Positions 47,805 through 61,804 of a DNA stretch of 64,000 nucleotides are shown here, piece by piece (position 1 is the first letter of the stretch; every line of letters begins with the position of its first letter). The DNA is from Eutreptiella sp. 'Long Island Sound 2002' (lineage: Eukaryota; Protista; Euglenida): assembly GCA_964036045.1 (NCBI GenBank), contig OZ038378.1, positions 146,382,001 to 146,446,000 on the forward strand. Reading direction: 5' to 3'. A model generated the notes under the pieces. That model did not search any database and was not told where the DNA came from. It saw only the letters and a program-made list of their open reading frames with translations. The position numbers and the translations under genes are program-made.

Positions 47805-49786
47805 AAAATTATGTCCAGATCTTGTCAGAGTGGGGCCATTACTGAAACAGTGTCAACAAAAAAGCAGAGGGGCAAGGTGGGATGACAACAGCCTTTATCC
47901 TCTTGGAAGATGCTGGTCGCTCCGCCAGGGGGTAGAACTTCCACGCGAAGGTGTTGTGGAAAAAGTACCCAAATAGCGGAAACAAATGCGAACGAACGGG
48001 TGTTTTGAATTTTATTTGCCAAAATTTTTGCGGCGGCACCCAAAATTGGGAAGCATTATTTCATTGTTGCGATTTTTTTCTGCTGAATTCAGCTTTGCGG
48101 AGCTGTTTTTGGTTGACTGAGCAAAAAAAAAAATGCTTTTTTCTTGTGGTTGGTCTCCTTTTGGGGGGGGTTATGTTTCAGTCATTTTGGTGCCAACGAA
48201 AAGGATCTGGGGTACCTTGGACGCGGGATTGCAGTCCATTCCTGCACAGGCACACAAATGCGGATCGCTTGGACCCTGGGATTGCAGTTCATAGCAAGGA
48301 CAAGCACCAACAAGCAATTGTTTCGGATGATTCAGGCCCAGCAGGTTTTCAACCAACCAGTTGAAAATTCGTCCATGATAGTGCCCATGGCACGTGAAAT
48401 GCTGCAACAACAATGCAATTTGCAACATGGTACCACGTTTTCCCAAAACCAGTTTATACATGCGTCGATACTAGTGCACAGGCCACATCAAATGCTGAAA
48501 CAATGGCACAGAAAGCGCTGCAGGCGCGTACACCAAGAAGTAATGCAGCACTGTAGAGGGCAGTACAGACATACGTGACGTCCACGAGGGAGAGCTAATA
48601 CAACTTGGTGCCCATGCCTCTGGTGGCGTGGCAGCACAGTACATACGTTACGTCCACGAGGAGAGCCAACCCCCGCTGAAAAACCGATGCCAGTGTCGCA
48701 GTTTTGTGCGCGTCCTAGTTAAGAACAGTACTGGCGTGTGTGACACGTATCCTAATCAAAGGAACTGCTGGCGGGCTTTTGGCTAAGCCGTGGCTTGACA
48801 GACCCCACCTCACTCTCTTGGCAGAGAATGGGTGGACTTGGGCCATAAGAACAACCATGACCACCAACCATGGCATCTCCAGCATCCCATGCCGGGGACA
48901 AGGGCAGGTAAAGACTGGGCAATGCATCTGACCCCAGGCACTCTGTGGTACAGAGGCACTGGGACGGCGGTTGGTGGTAAAAGACAGCCGCTGGAGCAGA
49001 AAATAGGTTGCAAATTGTGGAAGAGGGGAACCTGCTTGTGTGAGAGGCGTTACTAGAGAGAGAGATGAACTTTTCCAATGCCTCATTGGCTGCTCACGAC
49101 CACACCCAGAGTTGAGCAGGCAGGCAATCAATAGGAATGATGCATGATAATACCGACCCGCAATGTGCAAAGCAACACTCAAATAGTACAGAAATCGACA
49201 ATATTCACAATATAATGCGATGCGCACACGCTGCAGGCCTGCCCGGGGTACACCCTCCCCGACACACTAGACCACAACCCGGGGGGAGCGCAAGCAACCC
49301 CAGGGCAGTGGGCGACCCGAACATATGGAAAACATCCGGGGACCAGTTGCACGCACTGCATTCCACTGCACTTTGTGTTCTGGCGTACAGTGGCAGTGTT
49401 AAGGTAACGTGAGGGCGTGCAGCTTGGGGACCGGGAGCTCATGAGGCACAGTGCAGCGTCCACACGGAGAGGGACCAAGCCAAAAGGGGATCGGGAATAG
49501 CAAACCGTGCTCCCAGCCCTACTCCCTCTTACGCAGGCCTCGGAGTCCCTTGCATCGTGCCTTTGCGTGGGCATTGACGAGCGTTTGCATTCCGTCGATG
49601 TGCCACGGCGAATCACACGGGACCGCTCCAGGGCGGAAGACCGACTGTGGCCAGGGTGGGGCCCCAGGAAGAGAGGACGTCCTCCGACGCGTTGCTTTCC
49701 TGGGGCCAATATGACAACTGCCCCCCGCCTGCGCCTGCTGCCCGCGGACAACTGCGGGCGTTCGTGTGCACGCGTGCTCCCACGAC

Positions 49787-50121
49787 TCAATCCGATTCGG
49801 TGAGGGAGGCCGTGGACTGCTTGCGCCCCCCGACGCCGCTCGGTGGGCCCCCACGTTGCAGGCCCCGCAGCAACGCACCGTACGCCGCCTGCTCCGACGC
49901 CGGGGCATAGGCCTCTTTGACGTGCCGCTGCCCCCGCGCCGCAACGGCCGAGGCCCAGTCAGGCTCGGCAAGGAGACGCTGGCCCAGGGCCACGAACTCC
50001 TCGGGGCTGCTGAAGACCAGCCCCGTGCGCTCGTGCGAGACCACCTCCACGTTGCCGGGGATGTTGCGGACCAGGACGGGGCGCCCCAACCGCATGGCCT
50101 CCATGCACGCCTGAGGCTGCC
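49787..50121 (-). CDS. GLT1D1: GLT1D1-like glycosyltransferase, exon 4 (last)
   Basis: Acceptor ttccAG; completes SEG-QPQACMEAM (GT4 E-x7-E), then PVLVRNIPGN..VVSHERTGLVFSSPEEF; TGA at 49787. Confidence 0.9.
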
Positions 50122-50690
50122 CTGGAATGCAGCGGGCAGGGGGGAGGATGCATGCGGGAGGGGTGCGGGAGGGTCGAGCACTGGGCTGGGGGGCGTGGAC
50201 GGATGGGGCTGGTCGGTGAACGTACAGGGGGGGGGGAGGGGGTTGCCGGGGGATAGTTTTGGAAGGGGAAGATTTTAGCCACCTCCTGGAATCCTGAGGC
50301 TTCAAACGCACTTTCATTTCCTGGGAGGCTCTGGATGGTTCCTACTGTTTTCTGGTGGGCTCTGGATTATTGCTGTTCGTTCCTGAGATAATCCCCCCCC
50401 AAAAGGTGGGACGCGCACTGAGAACAACCCTGGGTCCCACGCCGCGAAAATTTCGCCGGGGAGAAATTGTCGCCACTTCTCTTAACGGCAAAATTTCCCC
50501 CGCAAAATTCTCCCCTCCCGAGGTTCACCCTCCCCACCCCCTCTGTAGGCATACGAGCGACGAAGCTGGCGGCTGTGGGAGGGCATGGGGGCGGGCATGG
50601 GTACGCCCAAACATTGCCATTTTTCATGCACGATGTTCACCGTGCCCCATGCACACGCTAGGGCATGCATCTGCACGCACACCAACACAC

Positions 50691-50781
50691 CTTCACTGGT
50701 ACTAGTGTTGACGACTGCTTTGCACCTCTGCATCAACCAATGCAGATGTGTCTGGCTGAGGCTTGGTACGTATATGATGGC
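50691..50781 (-). CDS. GLT1D1: GLT1D1-like glycosyltransferase, exon 3
   Basis: Acceptor tctcttcacAG; AIIYVPSLSQTHLHWLMQRCKAVVNTSTSEG; donor GTGTGT, phase 1. Confidence 0.9.
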
Positions 50782-52656
50782 CTGTGAAGAGAGAATGTAC
50801 AGGGCTGAGATATAGCAAGACACCAAATGTGAGTGCAGCACCCAGTATGCAGTGGAGCCCTAGCCCACACACACACACCCACACCCACCCACGCACATTA
50901 TTCCAAACTGGATCAAAAAGTTGCGAGGGAAAGACGGGAGGAATGAGATTGGATAGGATGGTGGGAGCGTGGGGTGCACGCAAATCAATGCTGACTGGAG
51001 CATCTCCCGTCGTGTAAACACTCTGGCTCACCACAAATACCGACACTTTTTTGTTTTTTTTTTCACACTTTTTCGAACTTGCCCCCTGCGCTACTGTTGA
51101 TTGTCTTGCTCAAACTTTGTAGGATTGTGCTTCTTACTGACCATCCACCAAAAATGTCTGCTGCACCACCACAACGGAGTCCTGGTGTTTTAGCCATCTT
51201 GTGTCGGTTGCAGCTTGCAGCTACTGCTACTTGCGAAAAGGGGTACCTCATAACACCTTACTCATTCCGCCGGCTCAGGAAACCCGAACCTATCAAGATG
51301 CTACCCCGGGCGTGACCGCAACCACATCCGCCTGTTGACACGTCTAGGCACATGCCCAATCACCTTCTGGGGGCATCACAACAAGACACAAATTCTACAA
51401 AAATACCAAGGTCTTCTCCCCTTCCAAGTCCACCCTACAAAAGTGGGCCTCAATTGTGTGTGTAGTTTGGGTGTTGCTGCGTGGGGATTGATGTGAATGT
51501 GCAGGCTCCAATGTTGGTGCGTGGGAGAGTGCAGTCTCCTGGGACCCGGCCGACCTTCTTGGCCTTGCTTCTGCCCAGGGTTTGCATGAGCTTCCCGCTG
51601 CTTGCTCCCCACACCAAAAGTCTGTGAGTGCTGCCCACCGTTCACCACTACAGGTCAGTGGTGAGGTCGCGAACACCGCTTGTTCGCCCCCACTTGGCAC
51701 AGCATGTTACTGAAGAAGTAGCAAAAGGCTCCGCAGCGTCTTGGTAACCATCCCAAGGACCCCGGAGGACACATTGGTCGTCAAATTGGCGATTGTCTGA
51801 GTGCTGAAGGTGGTACAACTATTGTGGTGTGCTGCCCCTACATGGGCTCTGCATGTGGTGTGCGTGGTGGGGGGGGGGGTCCGAATTATGCGGTCCTGCT
51901 CTAAGATGGATCCCCTGGAGCATTCAGTCCTGCGATGATGTGTTGCCTGCCATCTTGGCTGTGTCCCCACCTGTTCTGGCCGTTTGGCACAGGGGAGGGG
52001 TGGGGCGGGGATGGGGGCGATCAGGGCATGGGAGGGAGGGGGGTAAAATGGCCTAAATTTGCTGTCAACGCCACATTTGTGTCAACAGAAGGAGGCGTGT
52101 TTGACTTCCTTGAAACCGCTGTTTCTTGCATATTTCCCCCCCAAAACCACCCACCCCTGCCCCCCCTTCTGCCCCAGGACATCTGCCCCCCAGCTTCTTC
52201 TGGCCGGTTTGCAGCGATGCTTTCTGGTCCATTGTGAAAAAAAGGAGGGGCTGCTGTACCGGCCCTTATTTCAAGGCGGCAATCGGAGTTTTAATTGCCA
52301 GTGGGGGGGGGGGGGGGGGGGGGGGGGTGGCACAAGGCCTTGGGGGGGGGGGGCGGGGGGCTGAACAGCGACTTTCAATGAAATACCAGTCTCGACATCT
52401 GGTTGAAGAGCGGCTGGTCTCAGTTTGGAGCTTGGGGTGCGGTCAATGGAGGGGAGGGTTTCTCCGGCTCCCCAGATTTGGAAATTGGTGACCCCAAAAT
52501 ATCGCCATACAACCTTGCCATCTCCTGCCAAACCCCACCGATTTGATCAACTCTTGTCCATAACGATTCTTTGATGCGAAAGCCGCTCCCCGCCCAACCC
52601 AAAACGGCCGCTGCTGCAAACCGCCGGTGCAGAGAATCCCTGGTCTCAATCCACAC

Positions 52657-53498
52657 CTCCGTTTCCTTGGCCAAGGCTTGCACTTGAGCGGTCACCGCAG
52701 GCTCGGAGGGCTCACCCACGAGCATCAAATGCACCCGCGGGTCCTGCCGATGCCAGACCTGCATGGCCTGGGCCAGGTACGTCGGGTCCTTGACACGGCG
52801 CAGGCTGAGGGGCAGCAGGAAGATGCTGGCCTTCGAAGCGAAATCCCCGAGAGTAGCCATGTGGCAGGGCCCTCCAGATACCCCGCCTGAGGACAGGCCT
52901 AATGGCAGACTGGGGCCCAGGTCAAGAGGAGAGAGCGACATTGGACAAGAAAGGTCACCAATGGCAGAGGGCGGGCTTGTGGCAGCGGGGCTGGGGCTGG
53001 ACCTGAGGGGGCGGCTGGGGTTAGGGTGAGAGTCAGGGCCTGGTCCAGCATGACGTTCAGTGCTTAATTTGGGGCCTGGAACACCGGGAGGCTTAGTGGC
53101 AGCGATGGCACTGCCAAAAGGGTTTGGACTGCAAGGGCTAGGGCTGCAGTTCGGGCGAGGGTTAGAGGTGTGCGCAGGGGCTGGAGGGTCGGTGACTGGT
53201 GGGCTGCAATTCAGGCCGCCAGGAGGTGACCCGGATCCAGGGACGATGTCCATCGCCGCTTCAGAAGGGGTCGAATGAGGCCAGCCCACGCTCTGAGGGA
53301 TGATGCTGTACCGTGCATTGGGCCAGTACGCTTGCGCTGCCGCTTGTAGGTGGTGGCCGAAGCAGACGCAGGTCGTTGCACGCAGCACAACCTCCGTCAT
53401 AACTGCCAAAGACACCGGGTCGTGCACCATTTCGTTGACATCCGTGCCACCAAAGATGAGCACCAGCGGTGTACTTGAGGGCAACACGTGTGCACCAC
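52657..53498 (-). CDS. GLT1D1: GLT1D1-like glycosyltransferase, exon 2 (with a Pro/Ser-rich insert)
   Basis: Acceptor ccAG (53499), phase 1; IFGGTDVNE, LRRVKDPTYL, WH..DP.VHL..VG are GLT1D1 signatures; donor GTGTGG at 52656. Confidence 0.9.
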
Positions 53499-55323
53499 CT
53501 GGCGGGGTGGGGGTGTTCAGGGAGGCGGTTGATGAGCGCGAAGCAAAGCGAAACTACACCGCTTGGGGTCACGGTCAATCTTACAACTTGAAATGCGGTG
53601 CAAGACTGTTAGGTTTGGCGGCGGGGCACGCCGGGGACAGGCAGACAAACAGGCACAGGGACAGACAGAGGGACAGACAGACAACAGGCACACACGTGCA
53701 TGAAGCGAACGAACGGAGCAACAAAGCAGTTGTCGGCGGGTTTGCCTTGGCAAGCTGCAAACAACAAAAATTTTCTTTTCTTTCGCAACCAGGCGCCTTT
53801 CTGGAGCAGTTGGGACACCGAACTGTTTGTTTCTCGGTCCAGAGCAGCACAACCACCCCGTGTGCCAGCGTGTGCGGTACAACCCTGAACGACAGCGGCA
53901 CTGCGTCCGGTCGTGTGTGATGTGCACGCACGGCATGAGGTCCTAGTGCATCAGGCTGTGCGATCGCGATTTGGTATTGAGTGCGAAGGTCAGGTGCAGG
54001 ATGAGTTTGAGCTGGACTGCCGATTGTGAGCACAACCATGGCTCGCTTGTGAACCCGAGACTGTGTCATGTGACTCCACGCGACGACAGACACAAGCCCG
54101 CGGGTTCCCCTGGGCTCGTCCAGTTCGCAGTATCTTTGGTTGTATCAACGCCGTACCGGCACCTATGTCAAGGGAATGTCTGTATTGGTATTAGACTCCA
54201 GCCACGTCACTCCTATTTCAACCCTCCGTTTACTGTCGCACACGCACGAGTGGCATGGGAGTTACTGTGCCACATATGTGCATATGCACATTGGAGTAAA
54301 GTTCTTGCTCCCATTGAACGCTTGACAAAGCACCCAGCAAACGCCAAGGTAGCAAATGGTTGCTCTGCATACACCAAGTCCTCAAAATCACTGATGTTGC
54401 TCACTGGACAAGTATTGAAATGCCGTGATGTCGAAAAAGAGAGATAATGTGGGCACCGAGTTTTCTCCCGAGTAGCTGGACATGATTAATATGAAACACA
54501 TTGCTTGCATCTCATCCCCCCTGAATTTCTTGTGGTAATGGTGCGCATCAATTCAACTATGGCTGAGTGAACTAAAGTCCCCGGGGCACTATTCAAGGGT
54601 TGCAATTGCCTTATGGGTATCCCGGAAGCAGAAAGGAGTAATGAGGCTACATAAGTCCTATTGCATTGGGATCTACGACGTGGCAGCGCAACCTTGTTGT
54701 ATCACGGTCCTTAGATTGGGGAAGAGGAACATGGACACATAAGCCCAGGCATATTGGGTTCCAGAAGTGCAAAGGAGTGAAGCGGCTACATAACCGTGGC
54801 CGACGAGGTTGCTTGTCATGGTGCTCCGAATAGGCAAAGGTATTAATTAGCCTTTGGAGACGACGCCACGGGCCCGGCACAAGTTCTTCGGACTTGGGGA
54901 AAGCACCGAGACTATGGCCACACCACACAGACAAGTGCTACATGTGCAACCCTAGGTCATTCTGCCGCCACCACCGGCGGCTTGAAAATCCATACAAGGT
55001 TTGTCGGAAAACGACTTGCTCACACCATTTTGCAGTACGAGAGCCCAGTGTCCTAAGTTTCCATATTCATGAGCCAAGGAAATTGTTGTGGGCAAGGCAC
55101 CCATGATTTATGTATTATGTACCGCTTTATGCACCATCAATCGACTGCAACCTCCTCCTGTAGCATCAAAAGTGATGCATGTGTGTGTTGTATTTGTGAT
55201 CACGGAATACGAATAATCCCTTTGGAAAACACACAATCGATAGAGAGGGGGGAGCTGAGAAAGGAACTGGGCTCGGAGCAGTCTCAAGGAATGGCGATGC
55301 AAGGCACAAAAAGACACCTTTAC

Positions 55324-55531
55324 CGATAAGATGGCGGCCTGCCCGCATTGCATGCAGCGCAATGCACACATCTACAGCTTGCAGTTGCTGCAATTGAACA
55401 GGCCCGAGAGGCTGGTTGCTGTCAATGACTGTACAGCGGTATGACAGGTCACGTAACATGGCCACGAGACGGCCAGTAGTGGTGCGGTTGCCCGAGGCAA
55501 TAGTGCATGGTGCAATCAGAGCAACATCCAT
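55324..55531 (-). CDS. GLT1D1: GLT1D1-like GT4 glycosyltransferase, exon 1
   Basis: MDVALIAPCTIASGNRTTTGRL...CIALHAMRAG matches the GLT1D1 N-terminus (GN..TA.R; ALH..R.G); phase-1 donor GTAAAG at 55323. Confidence 0.85.
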
Positions 55532-55599
55532 GCCATTCCTACGGCGACAATCGCACGTGCCTCGTGCTCACTCAGCACTAGCCTTGATACTCCCTTCAG

Positions 55600-58500
55600 G
55601 AAATGCGGCTTCAGCCTCACTTCTGTTTTCAATGGCTCGAAACTGAAACAACGATGTGTCCTCGCAATTGCACGGCCCAAAAGATTGTAAATACTTTGGT
55701 GGCGGTGGGACTTCTGGAAGGGGGAGGTCAAAGAGTTGGCTGGCCCACGGTCGGGCAAATGCTGATGGGGCATGATTCATGCTGACCCGAACCACCCTTT
55801 GTACCGTCATATTGCCAGAATCGTCATGAAATCTTTTGTCCGGGCCACTTGCTTCAATGGTGCGCACACAACTCAACACAAAATACTTCCCGGTTATCAT
55901 GGTTTAGCATTTGCACCTTTCCATGCCTTTCATCTTGAAGAGCTCACAACTAGCCGCTTGCTAGACCTTTTGGACCACGAAACAATACAACCATCTACCT
56001 ACAGCCCACAACAACCTCTTGGGACCTCGGGATAACTTTGTTCATGGGTCTCCTGAACCATTTGCATACTGTATGGAAGCAACACCATCCGCCCTATTTG
56101 GTAGAAAGTCTCGGCAAAGACCTTCAAGCAAACCATCTTGCACTCCTCTCACAATGTCCTTGAAGGCATTTTTCAACCACGTTTAACAGTCCCGATTGGT
56201 TAACAAGCCCCCACATGCCTCATTGTTCAACTCACATGCCTCAAGTTTCGCCTTAAAAATGTAACATTGACGTCTACATGCGTAGTCCAACCAAGGTGGT
56301 CGTTGTGCAAGCCACGTGTATCGCAATGGCGCAATAAATTATTTCACCAGGATCCGAAGCACTCTCCGAATCTTTCCCATGAGAATAAGCCTACGGGCCT
56401 AGCCAGGGCGTCCAAGGGCTTGAAAGCCCTCAATCAGCATTGCGGAGCCAAATCGAGAGTTTAGCACAATGCAATGCAATCGCTGTAATTTGGTTGATCT
56501 TCGTGCATTGTGCACTTCTTGATCCTCTTGCGCACTTTTGCATTGGAGGTTCAGGTTCTTTTCACGTTTGGTGTTTCCAGTCCCATCGGTACTATGTCTA
56601 TTGTCCGTTTGTGCGTGGTAAATAGTCTCTTTTTGTTGATTATCAAATCCAAACATTCAATAAGTGATGTAAGGATCGTTAGACCCTGCTCAGTGGTAAA
56701 ACATTGGGTTCCCATACAACCTTGAAATGTGCCCCCAAGGGTTTTTCAATTTTTTCCACTTTGAGATTGTTCCTTTGAAAAGGACATTCATTTACTCAAA
56801 AGAAAATTGTACGGATCAAATCATCAACTCTCCACCAAGTTTATTTCAAGCGAAACTTGCTGGTTCATTTCATTCGCTTGATGAGCGACTTGCAAACGCC
56901 GAGCAGGGAGGCGCCAAACTTTTTGGCCAAGCAACATCGCGGGCCAATCGAGCTCACTCTTGTGACTCCTTGTGAGTGGGATGTTTGGATGGTTGGCATT
57001 GGGCACGGCATGGATGTTGCATTGTGCAATGCCCAAATTACACAATACGACACCTTCATACCTATCAATCAACTCGGGAGGAAATGTTAGTGGCTCATTT
57101 TGGGCTACAATTGTTGGCACGGTCAAACACGAGGCAGCAAAGCGACTATCAAGTGGCATGGGTGGCATGTGCGCTTTCACACCTCGCTAGGTCCACACAA
57201 TGGGCACACATACAAAAACTGTTTTTGAGCAGTGGTTGTTGGATGGGTTTTGGACGCAAAGATCAACCAACAAGAACAATGATTGCAAGCCCAAAGCTTG
57301 CATAGTGGAAGAGGGCCTGCATATGCAAAATTCCGCAATAGTAACACTGCACGACAAGAGATTTCGATCCAAAATGACATTAGATCGGGCACTTTTCATT
57401 TGACCCTCCATTTGGTGCTCGCGCCGCTCTTGAAGCCTTGAATGTGTTTCGGTTTGTACAGGAAGCGGAAGCTGTAAAATCTTGCACTGCAACGTACCAG
57501 GAGAACTGGTCTTTTCATCCGCGCAAGGTGGTCCGGGGCTTGCCCTCCGGTGCCGCGAAAAATTGCATCGGCTATCAGACAACTAGTGGCCATGTGCCCC
57601 GTTGAAACTAGGGCAATGAGACAAGCCACGTGCAAATGTGTGAATGCCATTTATTCTTTTGGCACACTCGAGCCCCATCCTTTGGTGAAACTCTAGGGTA
57701 CACAACTGACCGTACTCTTGCAAGCACTCTGCTACACCCTTGTGGCACATCCATGTCTCTCTACTCCATCCAGAAGATTGACAGACTTGGTTCTTCGTGC
57801 TTGGCTTGTTTCAAAGCAAAATGCAGGGAGCACCCACCAACACTAGGATTGGCAAAAGCCCAAGTGTTTCTGTTTCGCGGACTGAATTAACATCTAGTAA
57901 AGCCTCAATTCTTATAGATGAGAAGTTTTGAGTTTGGCTTTGCAAAGGAAGGGGGTACAATCAAGTCAGGTGCACAGCGCTGGGGTCTCACCCTTGTACC
58001 TCACTCACAGGTCACGCTCTCCTGTCATAAGTCAAAATATTGACAACAGAACCTGGCGGCCATACTGCTGTCGGCCAATGATACGTCTCCTCTTCATCCG
58101 TTGCATCAACGACATGGGGTTTGCGTGGTTATGAACTGCCTGTAATGCACACTGCGCAGGCCAATTCCGTAGCTCAGTTGATAGAAGTGGACAATCATGA
58201 GCACGGAGTCGCAGGTTCGAGACCGCAGGTCTGTCCTACGATGTGGCATTTTGCATCAATTTTTGAATGCTGCCATCGGTGTATCATGATGCATGTGAGA
58301 AGGATGAAATGCTTCTGCAATACGGGGTTTCCTGAGCTGCTGCCCCTCACCTTGTAAACCCCACAGAGAAAACCTTTCGGACGGTGCACGGGCGAACCTT
58401 TCGTCCTTATCTCACCCCAGTCCGTGTGCTCATGCACTCCCCGTCAGTCTTCATGTGTTCCAACCAGCACTTGAACATGCTCCACGGACATGCTGTTGAC

Positions 58501-60330
58501 AAGCCTCACGTAGTTCCTACACAGCTCGGAACCGCCCCATCGTTGCAGCCAGTCCCTGCTGTACTCCAAGGGAGCGCACACAACGTGTTGTTTGGCACAG
58601 CGCTTTCTTTGTGATCTCCGCGCGCCCCCTGCGGGGTCTACAAGCGCGTTTTGCACATTTCCCCACCCTGTGGGGTTCGGCAACTCAGCACCCTGACTCA
58701 GCGACTGGTCTGGCAAAGGCACAAAACAAAGGCACACATTTCTGACAGTGGCCCATCGGTTGTGGCCGTCGTTTTTGTTTTCATTTTGGTGTTTTGGGGG
58801 TGAATGACCGGTTGGCGATGGTGGGCTGGTTGGATGGGGTGAAAATCGTGAGATATGAGGGAGATTGCGAGGTGGGGAAAAAAAAGGTGGCAGAGGCCGC
58901 TGTCAAGGAACGGTCCGGTGTCTCCACACTGCAGGCATGGGCCCAACGCGTGCCAGGGGCGCCGGCCCAGGTTCCGGCCCCGCAGCCCGACCCGCAGCAT
59001 GGTGAAAACCAACTCTGGCCGCGTTCCACCGCGATTCGAGTGCGAGAATGCGATTGCGCGACGGAAAGTGTTAGACACACACAAACTTGGCGGAGTATGG
59101 ATAATTGCTTGCGACCAAGACATTGCAACGCATTTCCCTGAGGATTGCATCTGATGGTCTGATCTCAACAATCCGGGCACGGTTGACCCGTGTGGCGTGG
59201 TTGCAGTCAGTGCCCACAACTCCCTGTTTCGTTTCATCCCGGCTCCACTTAGGCAAGTGAAATGTGATGCACTGCCTATGGGGATTGACTACGATAAGTT
59301 TGCTTGCTGCAAAATGTCGGCGGAGCCCGCCCCTGAAGTCCAGGCCATTCAAGAAAGCAGTGAAAAGGTAAGCGGCAATGTACTCCGCGACTTGGCACGA
59401 GGCGCCACTCATTCATGACAGCATGTCAGTCACCAGACAAGCATGCTCGCTGTTACCATTGTGTTGTCCCATTGTTCGGGGTTTCCCCTCCCAGTCAGTC
59501 GTCAGTCGTCAGTTACACCCATGCGTGGCACTTGCTGTACTGTAAGTGTTACACCTCTGTGAGCAGGTGTCCCCTAGCTTGTACAGAAATTCAGGATTTC
59601 GAGGGAATGCCAATCAGTGCTTGGCACGTTTCCGCTTCATGTCGCGACGAGGGTTCTACCGGCCTATTGTGTTCCACTTTGCTTGTTGCTCAAGTCGTGC
59701 GACACACCGCCCCGCTGAAGAGTTACATCAAGAGCAGGACGAAACACCAGAGAGATAGCATTTGTGGGGGGGATGGATATCCACACTTTCCAAAGGGAAC
59801 CGGCGATGACCTCGAATCTCATGTTATGCCGCTGAGCAATACCTACGTCATGTGCTTGTTCCGGCAAAAGCACATAGGTGACAACAACCCAAATCCACCT
59901 CGGCGGGACACCGTCCGAGCCGCATGAAGAATTCTTCGCCGACTAAGGGTCGCGCGAAGGCACGGTGCATGCATGCATGCATGACTTGTTTGGCTTGCAA
60001 GGCAAAGAAAGCATTGCCAATGCGAAAAAAACAAACATTTATGAAGTTGTGAGGGGTATTGTCGGTGAAGCGTGAGCGCTAGTTTGGAGAGAGTTGCGAA
60101 GAAATTGAAGGGTCCATGCCTGGCGCCACTAGCTTGGTCGATAGCTATTTACTGATCACCCTTGGCAACGGATTCAACACGATGATTATTCTTCAAAGAT
60201 TGTTCTATTTGCGATTTCTTGGGATGTCAAAGCTCCCAAAGTGCAAGAAAGGAATTTGCGAGAAGCGAAACGTGCGAAACAAGTGATCGCTTTTATGGAT
60301 CGTGTCAAGTCCTTCCGGAATCCAATCCAC
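55600..60330 (+). pseudogene. Decayed or heavily interrupted coding-like island of unknown family; strand uncertain
   Basis: Lacks G/C runs and the local repeat families. Protein-like stretches such as KVLDTHKLGGVWIIACDQD and SKIVLFAISWDVKAPKVQERNLREAKRAKQVIAFMDRVK are broken by stops and frameshifts. No motif recognised. Confidence 0.3.
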
Positions 60331-61804
60331 AAACGTTAGCTCGGCTAGCATGCGAGCGCAAGTCATCATATGCTAAGTGATGCTAAGTGACAAATAGACA
60401 TTCGCAAAGTGGCACCAAGGCGACCATCGCATCCTTCGATCCTTGGGTGAGCCGGAACATCGAACTCCTAGTGGTGAGAACATAGAAACATAGAAACATG
60501 GAACGGAACATAAAAAGCGATTTTAATGTGCAAGTACATACACGGTATGCTTTCGTAACTTGACGCGTCCGCCTATTTGGGTTCTCGCCGTTCCGACTAG
60601 GTTACCGTGTTCAGCTTCGGCGCAAACTTGAGCCCATTGGACCGAACCGCTCTTGGGCACCTTTGTGACCAAATCTTATCTAGGTCACCTCATGCATGCA
60701 CGTCGTCGGGCGGTCGGCTCTTAGCCGGGGCATGGGCACAAAAAGGCCAAAAGACCACTTTCATGATATTTTTATGCTCTTCATTCCCATAATTATCAAA
60801 AATCGCAAGTCGTTGAATTGCGCACGTTGAGGGCTAACAATCGGAGAGGACTAAATCATCGGGATGTCACTCGATTTTTGGTTGTCATGTCGTTGGGAGG
60901 CTCGAGCGTGATACGTTGTTGGAACCAGTATCGAACGTGTCTTTGTGCACGGAACACGCGTTTTCAAGGGACGATTGAAACATGGACCAATTGGACACGA
61001 TGACACATCGCGGTGCTTGTCGTTATGGTGAAGTGGGGCTCGACGTTGATGCTCATCCACAAGTCCTCGCAAGAGGGTGCAAATGCAAAAAATGCTTTCC
61101 GCATGTCCCCGAAAGCGAGTATGTGGCATATCACATGAGGGAGCGGCATGGGGACGATTGAGATGTGTGATGCAACACATAAGAGCGGTTATGCGTATGT
61201 CGGATGATGCCTCGGGGGATGGGGGCATCTTCGTGTTCGTTTTGCGTCCTCCCCTCGAGAGACTCCGTTGTGTTCCAACCACCAAATTGTAGCCCTTCAA
61301 GAACATGTTTTGAAGTTTTTCTTTTGAGATGTTTGTCGTTTGACTTGGTAGAAGAAGAGTTTGCTCGCTAGGCAATGGATGATTCATTCAAAGTGCCACC
61401 GGCCCAAATAGCAGTACACGCCGGTAGGCTTGGGAGGGAAGAGAATGAGTATGCCCTCGTTGGAGGCGGATTGCTTGCGAATCCGTTTTTGTCTTTTTCC
61501 TTCCACCTTGCACTTGTGGTACCCACCTCTCCAAAGGGTGCAAGGCAAGATAAAAAGGAAAGCGTCCTTGAACAAATTCCTCTCCCTCCTCCACGGGAGC
61601 GCAAATATAAGTACATCATATGGGATGCAGCGTTCTAGGGCGTGGTGCGGAACCACCCCAATTTTGGGTGTTGTTAATATGGTTGGAACCCGGAATTTCA
61701 CATGTTACATGGGTGCACTATGATGCAACAATGTGCCTTCCATGTTTCGTTTGCTCGATATTGCCCGTTTTGCACTTTTTGCGATTTGATCTTTGTGTGC
61801 TCTA

